Below the pieces are notes generated by a model that saw only the letters and a program-made list of their open reading frames with translations, ran no database searches and had not been told where the DNA came from. Positions 41,921 to 51,178 of a DNA stretch of 64,000 nt are shown here, in pieces. Both the position numbers and the translations under genes were made by a program. The stretch's first letter is position 1, and each line of letters opens with the position of its first letter. Source of the stretch: Deltaproteobacteria bacterium (GTDB lineage: Bacteria > Desulfobacterota > DSM-4660 > Desulfatiglandales > Desulfatiglandaceae); the NCBI GenBank assembly GCA_019309145.1, contig JAFDGR010000002.1, positions 8,674-72,673 on the forward strand, given 5' to 3'.

Positions 41921-43312
41921 ATGACAACTCCATATTTCCTGGATGAACCGTCGCCGGAACGGTTTGAGGCGGTGATTCAGAGCATCAGTGATGGGGTGAT
42001 GACCGTTAATGCCGAATGGCGGATCACCTGTTTTAACAAGGCTGCCGAGCGGATTTCCGGGATATCACGCAAAGAGGCCATGGGCCGCCATTGCTATGAA
42101 GTCCTGAAGTCAAACCTTTGCAGGGACACCTGTGCCATGCGGTATACTATTGAGACCGGAAGGCCGGTTGTGAATCTCGCGGTATATCTGGAAAATAGCC
42201 ATGGCACACAGGTCCCGGTGAGTATTTCCACCGCAGTATTTAAAGATAAAAACGGCAATTTAAAGGGGGGGGTGGTAACGTACCGTGATCTCAGGGAGGT
42301 TGAGGAGTTTCGGAAGGAAATAAAAAAGGCTTACTCCTTTGGAGATATTATCAGTAAGAGTAATAAAGTACGAAAAATCCTGGATGTTCTTCCCACCATA
42401 GCGGAAAGTGAAAGTACCGTATTGATAACCGGAGAGAGCGGCACCGGGAAAGAAATATTTGCCAGGGCGATTCATGGATTAAGTCAGAGAAAGAAGAAGC
42501 CGTTTGTTGCGGTCAATTGTGGAGGATTCCCGGAAACTCTGATCGAGTCGGAGCTTTTTGGGCATGAAATAGGCGCTTTCACCGGGGCAACCAGGGCACG
42601 GGAGGGACGTTTTGCAAGGGCGGAAGGAGGCACGCTGTTCCTTGATGAAATTGGAGACCTGCCTTTTCCCCTCCAGGTGAAATTGCTCCGGGTATTGCAG
42701 GAGAGGACCTACGAACCTCTTGGTGGTACCCATCCCTTGCGTGCCAACGTGCGGATCATCACGGCAACCAACCGTAATCTTCAAGAAATGGTTGCGGAGG
42801 GCAGCTTCAGGCAGGACCTGTTTTACAGGATCAATGTGATCAAACTGGAGATTCCCCCTTTGCGGGACCGGCTGGAGGACGTGCCGTTGCTGGTTGACCA
42901 TTTTATCAGTCGGTTTTCGGCCCTGCACAATAAAGACATCGGAGCTATTTCTCACGACGCAATGGATATTCTGATGAGCCATGATTATCCGGGAAATATT
43001 CGGGAGCTTGAAAATATCATCGAACATGGATGTGTGCTCTGTCCCGGCGGCCTGATTCAGGTAAAACACCTGCCCGATGCATTGCGTCCCACCCTGGATT
43101 CTTTTGTCCGCGCTGATACTTTTGAAGAAATGGAGCGGCAGTTCATCATTTATATGCTGAAGAAGAACAATTGGAATCGACTCGCAGCGGCCCGCGAGAT
43201 GGGAATCCACAAGACAACCCTTTTCCGAAAAATAAAGAAACTCGGGATTCGGTTGCCTGAGAAGGATGGCCGGCACAAATCCGGGCGTAAGGTAGCGTCA
43301 GCGCATCTGTAG
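41921..43312 (+). CDS. Sigma-54-dependent activator, PAS(Cys motif)-AAA+-HTH, no receiver domain
   Basis: PAS domain with C58-x8-C67-x3-C71. AAA+ core shows GESGTGKE, ESELFGHEIGAFTGA and RQDLFYRI. HTH is GIHKTTLFRKIKKLG. Confidence 0.85.
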   Translation: MTTPYFLDEPSPERFEAVIQSISDGVMTVNAEWRITCFNKAAERISGISRKEAMGRHCYEVLKSNLCRDTCAMRYTIETGRPVVNLAVYLENSHGTQVPVSISTAVFKDKNGNLKGGVVTYRDLREVEEFRKEIKKAYSFGDIISKSNKVRKILDVLPTIAESESTVLITGESGTGKEIFARAIHGLSQRKKKPFVAVNCGGFPETLIESELFGHEIGAFTGATRAREGRFARAEGGTLFLDEIGDLPFPLQVKLLRVLQERTYEPLGGTHPLRANVRIITATNRNLQEMVAEGSFRQDLFYRINVIKLEIPPLRDRLEDVPLLVDHFISRFSALHNKDIGAISHDAMDILMSHDYPGNIRELENIIEHGCVLCPGGLIQVKHLPDALRPTLDSFVRADTFEEMERQFIIYMLKKNNWNRLAAAREMGIHKTTLFRKIKKLGIRLPEKDGRHKSGRKVASAHL

Positions 43313-43432
43313 GGTTTCCCAAAAAGTAGCATTTCTGCAACCCTTACTGTTCTCTTTTTATCGGCCTTTTTTTATCTCTATCTAACCTATTGAAAAAACA
43401 GGCTTAAATTGGTAGCCCATAACCTCCTTTTT

Positions 43433-43448
43433 TGGCACGTTTGATGCT
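43433..43448 (+). promoter_or_regulatory. Sigma-54 (-24/-12) promoter
   Basis: TGGCAC-gtttg-ATGCT with GG/GC at canonical spacing. It lies about 55 nt upstream of the microprotein ATG. Confidence 0.65.
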
Positions 43449-43503
43449 CTAAGAAGAAAGTGAGAGGAATCAAAACATTGATACTAAGAAAGGAGAAAAG
43501 AAA

Positions 43504-43689
43504 ATGGCAGAAGACAAAAGACTCGAGGCTACCACCGATACACACAAGCCCGCTCGTCCGCTGAAGTACTTTCAGGACAAAGACGGGAACGGATGGCTGT
43601 GCGACAAGGACATCGATTTTGATGGTGACCTGCGGGAGCAGGGCTGCTGGAGATGTGATGAGATGGCTTTCCCGGCTGGTGGGAGGTAA
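43504..43689 (+). CDS. 61-aa Cys-containing microprotein, copy 1
   Basis: MAEDKRLEATTDTHKPARPLKYFQDKDGNGWLCDKDIDFDGDLREQGCWRCDEMAFPAGGR. RBS AAAGGAG. The paralog at 44293 differs mainly at synonymous sites. Confidence 0.65.
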   Translation: MAEDKRLEATTDTHKPARPLKYFQDKDGNGWLCDKDIDFDGDLREQGCWRCDEMAFPAGGR

Positions 43690-43695
43690 TCGGTG

Positions 43696-43720
43696 CCATC
43701 CCGCAAAACAGGCGGGATGG
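43696..43720 (+). promoter_or_regulatory. Intercistronic stem-loop after microprotein copy 1
   Basis: CCATCCCGC-aaaacag-GCGGGATGG (9-bp stem) followed by an A-run, not a U-tract. Confidence 0.45.
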
Positions 43721-43806
43721 AAAAAGTTCACCGGAATATCCTGGCGGTCCATGAATAACGTGTGTGGACGCCAGGGTATTCCCTTATGCTGGAAGGAGCG
43801 AGGAAG

Positions 43807-44262
43807 ATGTACAAGAAAATTCTATTTTGTACCTGCCTGAGCGATTACTGCGAACATATATTCAATTTTTCTCTCAATATGGCGAAAGAAAATAACGCAA
43901 GGCTCTGGATTTATCACGGGCTCGGACGTCTCAACCTGACACAAGATGAGATAACGCAAGAAATAGGCAAGGCAGAAGCGCAGGTAAAGGAAGCGTATGT
44001 TGGCAAGATGAAGGCCCAGGGATTTGATAATTATTCCATCAATGTCTCTGACGGGGATGTGGTGAGTGAGATTGTCAAGCTTGCCAGGAATGTGGTGGCG
44101 GATGTTATTGTTATGGGAACCGGGACAACGGTTCCCATGCAGGCGGGAGAAGACGTCAGGGTAGGTCCTTTAGGGCCAGTGACGATGGATACCCTGCTGT
44201 GGTCACCCTGTCCCGTCCTGGTTATACCGCCGGCCCTGGTGCCCGGTCTTACAAGGAGATAG
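43807..44262 (+). CDS. Universal stress protein (UspA family)
   Basis: MYKKILFCTC...ADVIVMGTG...TLLWSPCPVLVIP. RBS GGAAGGAG. Confidence 0.75.
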   Translation: MYKKILFCTCLSDYCEHIFNFSLNMAKENNARLWIYHGLGRLNLTQDEITQEIGKAEAQVKEAYVGKMKAQGFDNYSINVSDGDVVSEIVKLARNVVADVIVMGTGTTVPMQAGEDVRVGPLGPVTMDTLLWSPCPVLVIPPALVPGLTRR

Positions 44263-44292
44263 ATATTTTTTGGGAAGAAAGGAGAAAAGAAA

Positions 44293-44478
44293 ATGGCAGA
44301 AGACAGAAGACTCGAGGCTACGACCGATACTCACAGGCCCGCTCGTCCTTTAAAGTACTTTCAGGACAAAGACGGGAACGGGTGGCTCTGCGACAAGGAC
44401 ATCGATTTTGACGGTGATCTGCGGGAGCAGGGTTGCTGGAGATGCGATGAGATGGCTTTCCCGGCTGGTGGCCGCTGA
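44293..44478 (+). CDS. 61-aa Cys-containing microprotein, copy 2
   Basis: It differs from copy 1 by 2 K->R changes plus 12 synonymous codon changes. The 21-nt leader AAGAAAGGAGAAAAGAAAATG is identical. Confidence 0.65.
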   Translation: MAEDRRLEATTDTHRPARPLKYFQDKDGNGWLCDKDIDFDGDLREQGCWRCDEMAFPAGGR

Positions 44479-44527
44479 TCATGCCACACGCAGTGGGCGG
44501 AATGGTGATTCCTAGTGATCGGTCATT

Positions 44528-44567
44528 ATGGCGGATCATCCCGGTTGGGATTGACCCGCCATTTTTT
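44528..44567 (+). terminator. Rho-independent terminator ending the microprotein-usp-microprotein unit
   Basis: ATGGCGG-21 nt (with inner stem ATCCC/GGGAT)-CCGCCAT followed by TTTTTT. Confidence 0.6.
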
Positions 44568-44591
44568 GCCAGATTCTAAGGAGGTTTTGCA

Positions 44592-45449
44592 GTGCCGGAG
44601 CAAACAGGAAATCAGCGAGGTGCTGAGGCGGAAAAAGAGATCGAGATGGGCCTTGATCTTGCGCGGAGAGGCAGACTGGAAGATGCTCTTCGATCTTTTA
44701 CAAGGGCCATTGCGTTGGATGAAAAAAAAAGTGAGCCGTTTCGATACCGGGGCATAACGTATGCCAAAATGGGGCATCATGATGCCGCTATTTCGGATTT
44801 TGACAAGGCTGTTGAAAAGAATCCCGAGTGCGCGGAATGTTTTTTTGAACGCGCACAGGTAAAGATGTTCAGCGGCCGTCTTGATGATGCGTTGGAGGAT
44901 GTCTCTGCTTGCCTGCGTTTGAATGGGCGTTTCGCACCCGCCTATTCCCTTCGGGCCGGGATTCATGCCAGAAAAGGTCTCCTGCAGGAGGCATTGGATG
45001 ATATAAACAGCGCCTTATCCATTAATCCTGAAAGGCCTGATTACCTGCACAACCGGGCCGTCATCATGACTGGTCTCGAGCGGTACAGGGATGCCATCAG
45101 GGATTATCTCAAGGTGATCGAACTGAACCCTATGAGCGGAGGTTCCTACAACAACCTGGCATGGTTGTTGGTCACTGCAAAAGATCCCCGGTATCGTGAC
45201 TGCAAAAAGGCAATAGCCCTGGCCCAGAAGGCACTCGAAACAGGAAAGAATGGGGCGTGGATGGATACTCTTGCCGCGGCCTATGCCGAGTGCGGGGCGT
45301 TCAAAGAAGCCGCCAAGATTGAGAAGGAAGCTTACCGAAAATCAAATCCCCCGAACAGGAATTTCCAGAAACGACTTCACCTCTACAGAAATGGGGTGAG
45401 TTATGCTCAGTGGCACGAGAATGCGCGCATGAGCGGGAGGTTCGCGTAG
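44592..45449 (+). CDS. TPR-repeat protein
   Basis: Repeated A..Y..RG......G....A..D...A motifs run throughout. GTG start 7 nt after TAAGGAGG. Confidence 0.7.
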   Translation: MPEQTGNQRGAEAEKEIEMGLDLARRGRLEDALRSFTRAIALDEKKSEPFRYRGITYAKMGHHDAAISDFDKAVEKNPECAECFFERAQVKMFSGRLDDALEDVSACLRLNGRFAPAYSLRAGIHARKGLLQEALDDINSALSINPERPDYLHNRAVIMTGLERYRDAIRDYLKVIELNPMSGGSYNNLAWLLVTAKDPRYRDCKKAIALAQKALETGKNGAWMDTLAAAYAECGAFKEAAKIEKEAYRKSNPPNRNFQKRLHLYRNGVSYAQWHENARMSGRFA

Positions 45450-45467
45450 CTGGTACGCGTGCTTTTT
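45443..45467 (+). terminator. Possible terminator overlapping the TPR gene stop
   Basis: CGCGTA-gctgg-TACGCG followed by TGCTTTTT. Confidence 0.4.
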
Positions 45468-45535
45468 GTGCTTTCTTTGAACCGGGATGCTTGATTTACG
45501 GGAAAATGGAATGAAGCAGTTGACAGCAGGTATCT

Positions 45536-47248
45536 ATGAACTCTATTCTCCTTTTGGCGATCGTTTTGGTTCTGGCTCTTGTCGGGGGCAGGATCGCGTC
45601 CTTTTTTCGCCTGCCACGTGTCACCGGATATCTCCTCACGGGGCTCCTCATGGGTCCATCCATAACGGGCTTTTTGACAAAACAAGAAGTTGTCCATTTT
45701 TCGTTCATCAGTGACATAGCCTTAGGGATCATCGCCTTTTACATTGGAACGGAATTTGAGAGCAAGAAATTCCAGAGGCTCAAGAAAACACTCCCCTCTT
45801 TCTTCATCACCGATGTGTTGATCACATTCTTGACCGTCTTTCTCGCGGTACTCGTTGCGATCAACGGCCCATTAGTTGTGGCTGTCATGCTCGGGATTCT
45901 CTCCATGGCCACAGCCCCGGCTGCCACTCTTCTGGTCATACGGGAATTTGATTCAGAAGGTCCCCTTACAGATCATATCATGGCCCTGGTCGGCCTGAAT
46001 AACCTGGTGTGCATTATCGCTTTTGTGATTGCCATGAGCATCATTTCATTAGCACCGCAAAATCCTGCCGTGGGATCCACTGTTCCGGCCGCGATTTCGG
46101 AGGTCGCTCACGGAATAGTTGTTCCCATTGTTCTCGGCCTTGGGATCGCGCTGTTCCTGCACTATTATCTGCGGAGGGGCCTTGAAGAGAATGAGCTTCT
46201 GCTTGTTTCACTGGCAGCGATACTGCTGGGGGTAGGTTTGTCTCTCTTGTTTTCTGTTTCGGCGCTTTTGACGAATCTCACGATGGGCGGTTTTCTGATC
46301 AATACCTGTGACAGGGCGAAAATCGCAGTGAAGAGATTAAGCGAAGTGGATTATCCTCTCTACGCCCTTTTTTTCGCATTTGCCGGCGCAAGTTTTCATG
46401 TTGAAATGGTGAAAGAAATGGGGCTTGCGGGCGGTATATATATCCTCGGCAGGACCATTGGAAAAATCGGGGGAACACTCCTGGGGAGGAAAATTGCCGG
46501 GGTGCATATACCGAGTGGCATTTATCTGGGCATGGGGCTGTTGCCCCAGGCCGGCCTTGCGATCGGCCTTTCCGCGTGGGCGGCAAGGGAGAACCCCGAA
46601 ATTGGCGGGTCCCTCCTCGCCATGATCCTTGCCACAACAGTAGTCTTTGAAGTAGCAGGGCCCATATTGACCAAGCTCAGCCTGGTGAGGGGGGGAGAGG
46701 TCAAGATAGTAAAGATATTATCAACCGCCACAGTCGGACACTTGAAGGCCGATCTGCTGTTGCTGCGGGACCGGGTAATGGAGGCCCTTGGAAGGGCACC
46801 TTTCTGTAGGATCGGCCAGCAGGAAGGACCGATCCTTGTCAAGCACCTCATGAGATATCATATTGATACCATCCCGCAGGACGCGACACTGGATAAGGTT
46901 ATAAAAATTATGCAGAATAGCAGATACACCATGTTGCCTGTTCTCGGAAAGAACAACCAATGGATCGGAATGCTCTCGCTTCGTTCTATTCGGGATCTGT
47001 CTTTTGACCGGGATCTGACACGTTTGATCATTGCCCGTGATGTGGCTGAGAATGTTGAGACCCTCAACCCCGATGATGCATTGGCCCATGCTCTGCGGCA
47101 ATCGGAGATCCATCAACTCCCTTACCTTCCGGTTGTGGAAAAAGGTGATCAAAAGCGATTCCTGGGCGTCATTCATCGAAGAGATATTTGCCTGTTTCAA
47201 CTGGAAAGTGACGATGAGACAGAATCAAAGGATCCCTCCACCCACTGA
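45536..47248 (+). CDS. CPA2-type cation:proton antiporter with C-terminal CBS-domain pair
   Basis: The first ~400 aa are polytopic (RLPRVTGYLLTGLLMGPS, GLLPQAGLAIGL). Two CBS-like repeats follow (MLPVLGKNNQWIGMLS, QLPYLPVVEKGDQKRFLGVI). Confidence 0.8.
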   Translation: MNSILLLAIVLVLALVGGRIASFFRLPRVTGYLLTGLLMGPSITGFLTKQEVVHFSFISDIALGIIAFYIGTEFESKKFQRLKKTLPSFFITDVLITFLTVFLAVLVAINGPLVVAVMLGILSMATAPAATLLVIREFDSEGPLTDHIMALVGLNNLVCIIAFVIAMSIISLAPQNPAVGSTVPAAISEVAHGIVVPIVLGLGIALFLHYYLRRGLEENELLLVSLAAILLGVGLSLLFSVSALLTNLTMGGFLINTCDRAKIAVKRLSEVDYPLYALFFAFAGASFHVEMVKEMGLAGGIYILGRTIGKIGGTLLGRKIAGVHIPSGIYLGMGLLPQAGLAIGLSAWAARENPEIGGSLLAMILATTVVFEVAGPILTKLSLVRGGEVKIVKILSTATVGHLKADLLLLRDRVMEALGRAPFCRIGQQEGPILVKHLMRYHIDTIPQDATLDKVIKIMQNSRYTMLPVLGKNNQWIGMLSLRSIRDLSFDRDLTRLIIARDVAENVETLNPDDALAHALRQSEIHQLPYLPVVEKGDQKRFLGVIHRRDICLFQLESDDETESKDPSTH

Positions 47249-47508
47249 AAAAGGAACGCATTGATTGCGTCCCTCCCGGGTCGGCTTTTTCCACTTTCTC
47301 AATTTTGGGAAAAGACGATTTGAAATTTCTCGAAATTTTTCTCCTTTCACCCGGCGTGTGTATCAACGCAACTCGCATAACTCCTTGTATTTACAGGCAT
47401 GAGCTTCCGAAATGAAGGTGGCATATTTCATGCTAAATTATATTGACGAGGAGCTGTTTGAAAAGATCAACCGCGACTGGAGGCCCTGCCTTATCAGAAA
47501 TTATTGAT

Positions 47509-47937
47509 ATGAACCTTTTCCCTGAGTTGAAAAATCTAAAAGTATTACTCGTCGATGATGACGAGTGGATCAGGCATTCACTGGGGTTATACTTTGAAGG
47601 AGAGGGCTGCCATATCCTGACGCTTGAGACCGCTGAGGAAGGAATGGAGGCCGTCAAAAAGCAAGAATTCGATATTATCATAACAGATTATCGGTTGCCG
47701 GGCATGGACGGACTGGAATTTCTTCGGTTGATTCGAGGGATTTCCCCAAAAGCAAAGAGGGTCCTGGTTACCGCGTACGGGAACGAGGATGTTATCACCA
47801 GGGCCCGCGAGATAGGTATCCGGAACTTTATACGAAAGCCTTTCAGTTCCAGTGCTCTTGAGGCTTCCTTAAAGCGAATGGTGCATCCCCGGGAGGATTT
47901 CCTCGGTCATGCCAAAGAGGAAGGTATTCATGGGTGA
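47509..47937 (+). CDS. Stand-alone CheY-like receiver protein
   Basis: KVLLVDDDEW, FDIIITDYRLPGMDG, VLVTAYG, FIRKPF. Confidence 0.8.
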   Translation: MNLFPELKNLKVLLVDDDEWIRHSLGLYFEGEGCHILTLETAEEGMEAVKKQEFDIIITDYRLPGMDGLEFLRLIRGISPKAKRVLVTAYGNEDVITRAREIGIRNFIRKPFSSSALEASLKRMVHPREDFLGHAKEEGIHG

Positions 47938-47980
47938 GTCAAGCCTGTTTCATGCTATGCAGCCTCTAAGGAGGGATACC

Positions 47981-48271
47981 ATGGGTTCGACTTTTCGCAT
48001 TCATGTCCATCCGAGTTGTGATAGTGTGCACCTGAGGCTGGAAGGCGATATTAATGGCCTGTCCGCGTATGAACTGCTGGAGGTGTTGAAGAAAAACTGC
48101 CGGTGGGCCACAAGAGCCTTTATCCATACGAGCAACTTGAGCAGCGTCCATCCTTCAGCCCGCATGGTCCTGGAGAACAACCTCGGAGCGCTGGACGGCA
48201 AGTGTCTTCCGCTTTTTTTCACCGGAGATCATGCTGAGCAGCTTGCCCCTGGGGACAGCAAACTCTCTTAA
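47981..48271 (+). CDS. Small hypothetical protein, possibly STAS-like
   Basis: 96 aa. The ATG is preceded by TAAGGAGGG. VHLRLEGDINGLSAYELLEVL resembles anti-sigma-antagonist folds only loosely. Confidence 0.4.
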   Translation: MGSTFRIHVHPSCDSVHLRLEGDINGLSAYELLEVLKKNCRWATRAFIHTSNLSSVHPSARMVLENNLGALDGKCLPLFFTGDHAEQLAPGDSKLS

Positions 48272-48546
48272 TGTGCTGGGTTCCAGGCGGGACACAACAA
48301 GCCGCGACCTGCTGGGCCTTCATGAGGGCTGGCCCCTGAGATCCTTCATTCTGACATATCGCAGGCTCTTCCCGGGCCGCTTTAAGACAATAGGGAGATA
48401 ATTTTCGCGACAATAACGTGCCGCTTTGGGAACAAGAGATAAAAGCATAGCTGCGTGAGAATCGTGAGTATGCGCCGAAGAAAAGAGGTCTGAATTTGAA
48501 GAAAAAGAGGCAGAAGGAAGCGGAAAAGAGACTGAATCAGCGAACC

Positions 48547-48996
48547 ATGCTGGTTCCCGTGGATTTTTCTTATTGCTCACGTCTGGCACTTCGCAAGGCG
48601 TACGAGCTGTTAAACAGAGAGGAAGGAAAAATCGTAGCCTTTCACGTCATTGATCATCACTTCATCGAAAAATGTGTGCGCCATGATCTGGGAAACGAAG
48701 GTGAAATCAAGAAAAACCTCTACCTTGAAGCAAAAAGGCGCCTGCATACTTTCCTTTTCCATGAACAGAAAAACGGCATCGAAGCTGAGGCCGCGATCGG
48801 TGAAGGAGAGCCTTTTGTGGAAATCAACAAGAAAGCCATAGAACTGGATGCGGACATGATTGTCATGGGGAGTTGCGGCAAGGCCAATGATATGAATACC
48901 ATATTTTTTGGAAGCACGGCCGAGAAGGTGCTCCGGTTTATCACGCGGCCTGTGCTGTGTGTTCCCCCGGACACAGAATACAGGAATGTGGGTTAA
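48547..48996 (+). CDS. Universal stress protein (UspA family)
   Basis: MLVPVDFS...ADMIVMGSCG...FGSTAEKVLRFITRPVLCVP. A TTG at 48496 would add a Lys-rich 17-aa extension. Confidence 0.75.
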   Translation: MLVPVDFSYCSRLALRKAYELLNREEGKIVAFHVIDHHFIEKCVRHDLGNEGEIKKNLYLEAKRRLHTFLFHEQKNGIEAEAAIGEGEPFVEINKKAIELDADMIVMGSCGKANDMNTIFFGSTAEKVLRFITRPVLCVPPDTEYRNVG

Positions 48997-49455
48997 CTAA
49001 GTTTCACCCAGAGGCAGTTCCATGGGTGTATCATTGCGGGGGGTATTTCTTTTCATTTCCAACATGTAATTGTGCACGGCGGCCTGCAGGGTTTCTTCGG
49101 CAAGTTGCGCACAATGGAGATGGTCACTGGGCAGGCCCCCCACGGATTCCCGGATCATGGCCGCGTCGATCTGTATGATCTCATCCGGGGTCTTGCCCTT
49201 GGCTAGGTCGGCAGCAGCGCATATGGAGTTCATACTGTGGGCACAGCCATCGGTCCAGGAAGAAGTTTCGACAACCCGATCTCCTTTGAATTTCAGGCGT
49301 ATTTCCATGGTATCCCCGCAGGTCCCGGTTATTTTCGCCTTTGCGTCAGGATTCTCTACATGCGGGGTGAACAGGTAGTACACCAGGAACCACAGGATCA
49401 CAATGATGGAAAGGACCCCGCACCCCAGGAGAATCCACAAGATTTGATGCAGCAT
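48997..49455 (-). CDS. IscU/NifU-N-like Fe-S scaffold domain with N-terminal transmembrane helix
   Basis: TM helix ILWILLGCGVLSIIVILWFLVYYLF. The three scaffold Cys contexts are GTCGD, TDGCAHS and HLHCAQL. Confidence 0.75.
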   Translation of the reverse strand: MLHQILWILLGCGVLSIIVILWFLVYYLFTPHVENPDAKAKITGTCGDTMEIRLKFKGDRVVETSSWTDGCAHSMNSICAAADLAKGKTPDEIIQIDAAMIRESVGGLPSDHLHCAQLAEETLQAAVHNYMLEMKRNTPRNDTPMELPLGET

Positions 49456-49498
49456 AGCGTTTCAGCTCCAGGTGAAGACTTGACTGATAGAATCCGGG

Positions 49499-51178
49499 CT
49501 AGACTCCCTCCGCTAGGTCGTCCATGATTTTGCGGAAAGCGATCTGGCCGGAGAGCAGCACGCCGGAAAAACCTCCTCCAGGGTTGCACCATGCACCTGC
49601 CAGGTAGAGTCCTTTCAGAGGAGTCCTGTTGTCTATCCTCCGAATGTACGCGTTTTCCACTGACTGCTCAAACCCGTAAATGGCACCCAGTGTATTGCGG
49701 GTGAACCGTTTATTGGTGAGTGGAGAAGCCGTCACGATTACCTCTGCCGCAGAGGCCAACCCGGGAATAATCTTTTCAGCCCGACGGATAAGTATTTCAG
49801 CGCATCGCTTTTTTTCCTTCCGGTATGCCTCCTTGTGTCCGGCCCGGTAATCCTCCTCATATTTTTGCCATGGGCCGAAACCGGAAAGGCAAAAGAGCCG
49901 GACAGTAGAGGTCCCCGGCCTTGAATAACCCTGGTAGATGCTATCATAGATGCTGATCCGAAAGGGGACTTTTTCCACACGACCGGCGGCACAGGCTGCA
50001 TAGTCCGCCTCCGGGCCGCGATTTGAGAGGACCTGGATTCCGGCGGCTCCCACTTCCGCGGCGGGATTTCCGCGGAGGCCCAACCATACAATGAAACTGG
50101 ACAGGCTCGGCCTATAGGTAGTGAGTTTCTTGCGATATTTTTCCGGAAGCGCCTTCTTCGGCAGCATGTTGAACAGGGTGTCATGGATGTTGGTATTACT
50201 CACAACCACCCGGGCAGGGATTTTTTTGCCTGCGGCGGTTTCCACTCCGGCAACACGGCCGCGTTGGACAAGGATTCTTGATGCGACAGTCTCGTAGCAG
50301 ACACGACCGCCGGCCTCCTCCAGGGCGCGCACAAGGTAGTTATTGAGGTCCCGGCAGTGCCGCTTGGTGAAATAGGTGCCGTTTTTCAGCACATCACCCA
50401 GGGCCGCGGCATAGTAGAGCCCGGAGACCTTGGAAGGGGGCAGGCCGTGAAAGTCCCAGAGTGATGCCAGGATGCAACGGAGGGCCCTATCCTTAATATG
50501 AGGGTCCATGAGCTTGCTCAAAGTTTTATTGTAGGACTGATAAATCTTGGGATACCTGAAAGGAAAAGTGAACTTTGAGGGCATGCCCTTACGATGCAAT
50601 CGGTCGGCCTCTTCGGCAATCTCCATCACCAGTTGAATGAAATCCCTGATGCCTTCCTCCTCTTCGGGAAAGAGTCTGCAGAGTCGCTGGATATAGGTTT
50701 CAGGATGTTGGGGCGGCATTGACAGAGTGGCTTGGGGAGTCCTGAGTTGGTAGATTTCCGGAAGTTCAATCAGGTCCAGGTGAGCAAGAACGCCAAGGTC
50801 GTCAAGGATGCGCGCGGTGGCGTTGTTGTGGGCGGCCATGCCGTGGAGGGACACGTCAAAGGTGAAACGTCCGTCCAGGCGGTCAAAGGAACACGCATAC
50901 CCACCAGGTATGGGCCGCTGTTCAAGCACGGTCACCGGGAATCCCTGCCGAGCCAGGTACACGGCACAGCAGAGCCCACCCAGCCCGGAGCCGATTACTA
51001 CAACGGGATAGTTGGCCTTCGGTTCTATACGCGCAGCCTGCGCTTCGACTTCCTTCAGATTAAGCACATAGCGCGCCGCACTCAGCGCCGAAAGGGCCAG
51101 GAAGACCCTTCGCGACAAGGGGCGTTGAAGTATATTGCGCATTGGTAGATCCTCTATGGAAATTTCCGATTGGTTCAT
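49499..51178 (-). CDS. FAD-dependent oxidoreductase of the phytoene-desaturase (CrtI/CrtD) family with twin-arginine-like signal
   Basis: LSRRVFLALSALSAA leader, then VVVIGSGLGGLCCAVYLARQG and a C-terminal GAWCNPGGGFSG. Confidence 0.75.
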   Translation of the reverse strand: MNQSEISIEDLPMRNILQRPLSRRVFLALSALSAARYVLNLKEVEAQAARIEPKANYPVVVIGSGLGGLCCAVYLARQGFPVTVLEQRPIPGGYACSFDRLDGRFTFDVSLHGMAAHNNATARILDDLGVLAHLDLIELPEIYQLRTPQATLSMPPQHPETYIQRLCRLFPEEEEGIRDFIQLVMEIAEEADRLHRKGMPSKFTFPFRYPKIYQSYNKTLSKLMDPHIKDRALRCILASLWDFHGLPPSKVSGLYYAAALGDVLKNGTYFTKRHCRDLNNYLVRALEEAGGRVCYETVASRILVQRGRVAGVETAAGKKIPARVVVSNTNIHDTLFNMLPKKALPEKYRKKLTTYRPSLSSFIVWLGLRGNPAAEVGAAGIQVLSNRGPEADYAACAAGRVEKVPFRISIYDSIYQGYSRPGTSTVRLFCLSGFGPWQKYEEDYRAGHKEAYRKEKKRCAEILIRRAEKIIPGLASAAEVIVTASPLTNKRFTRNTLGAIYGFEQSVENAYIRRIDNRTPLKGLYLAGAWCNPGGGFSGVLLSGQIAFRKIMDDLAEGV

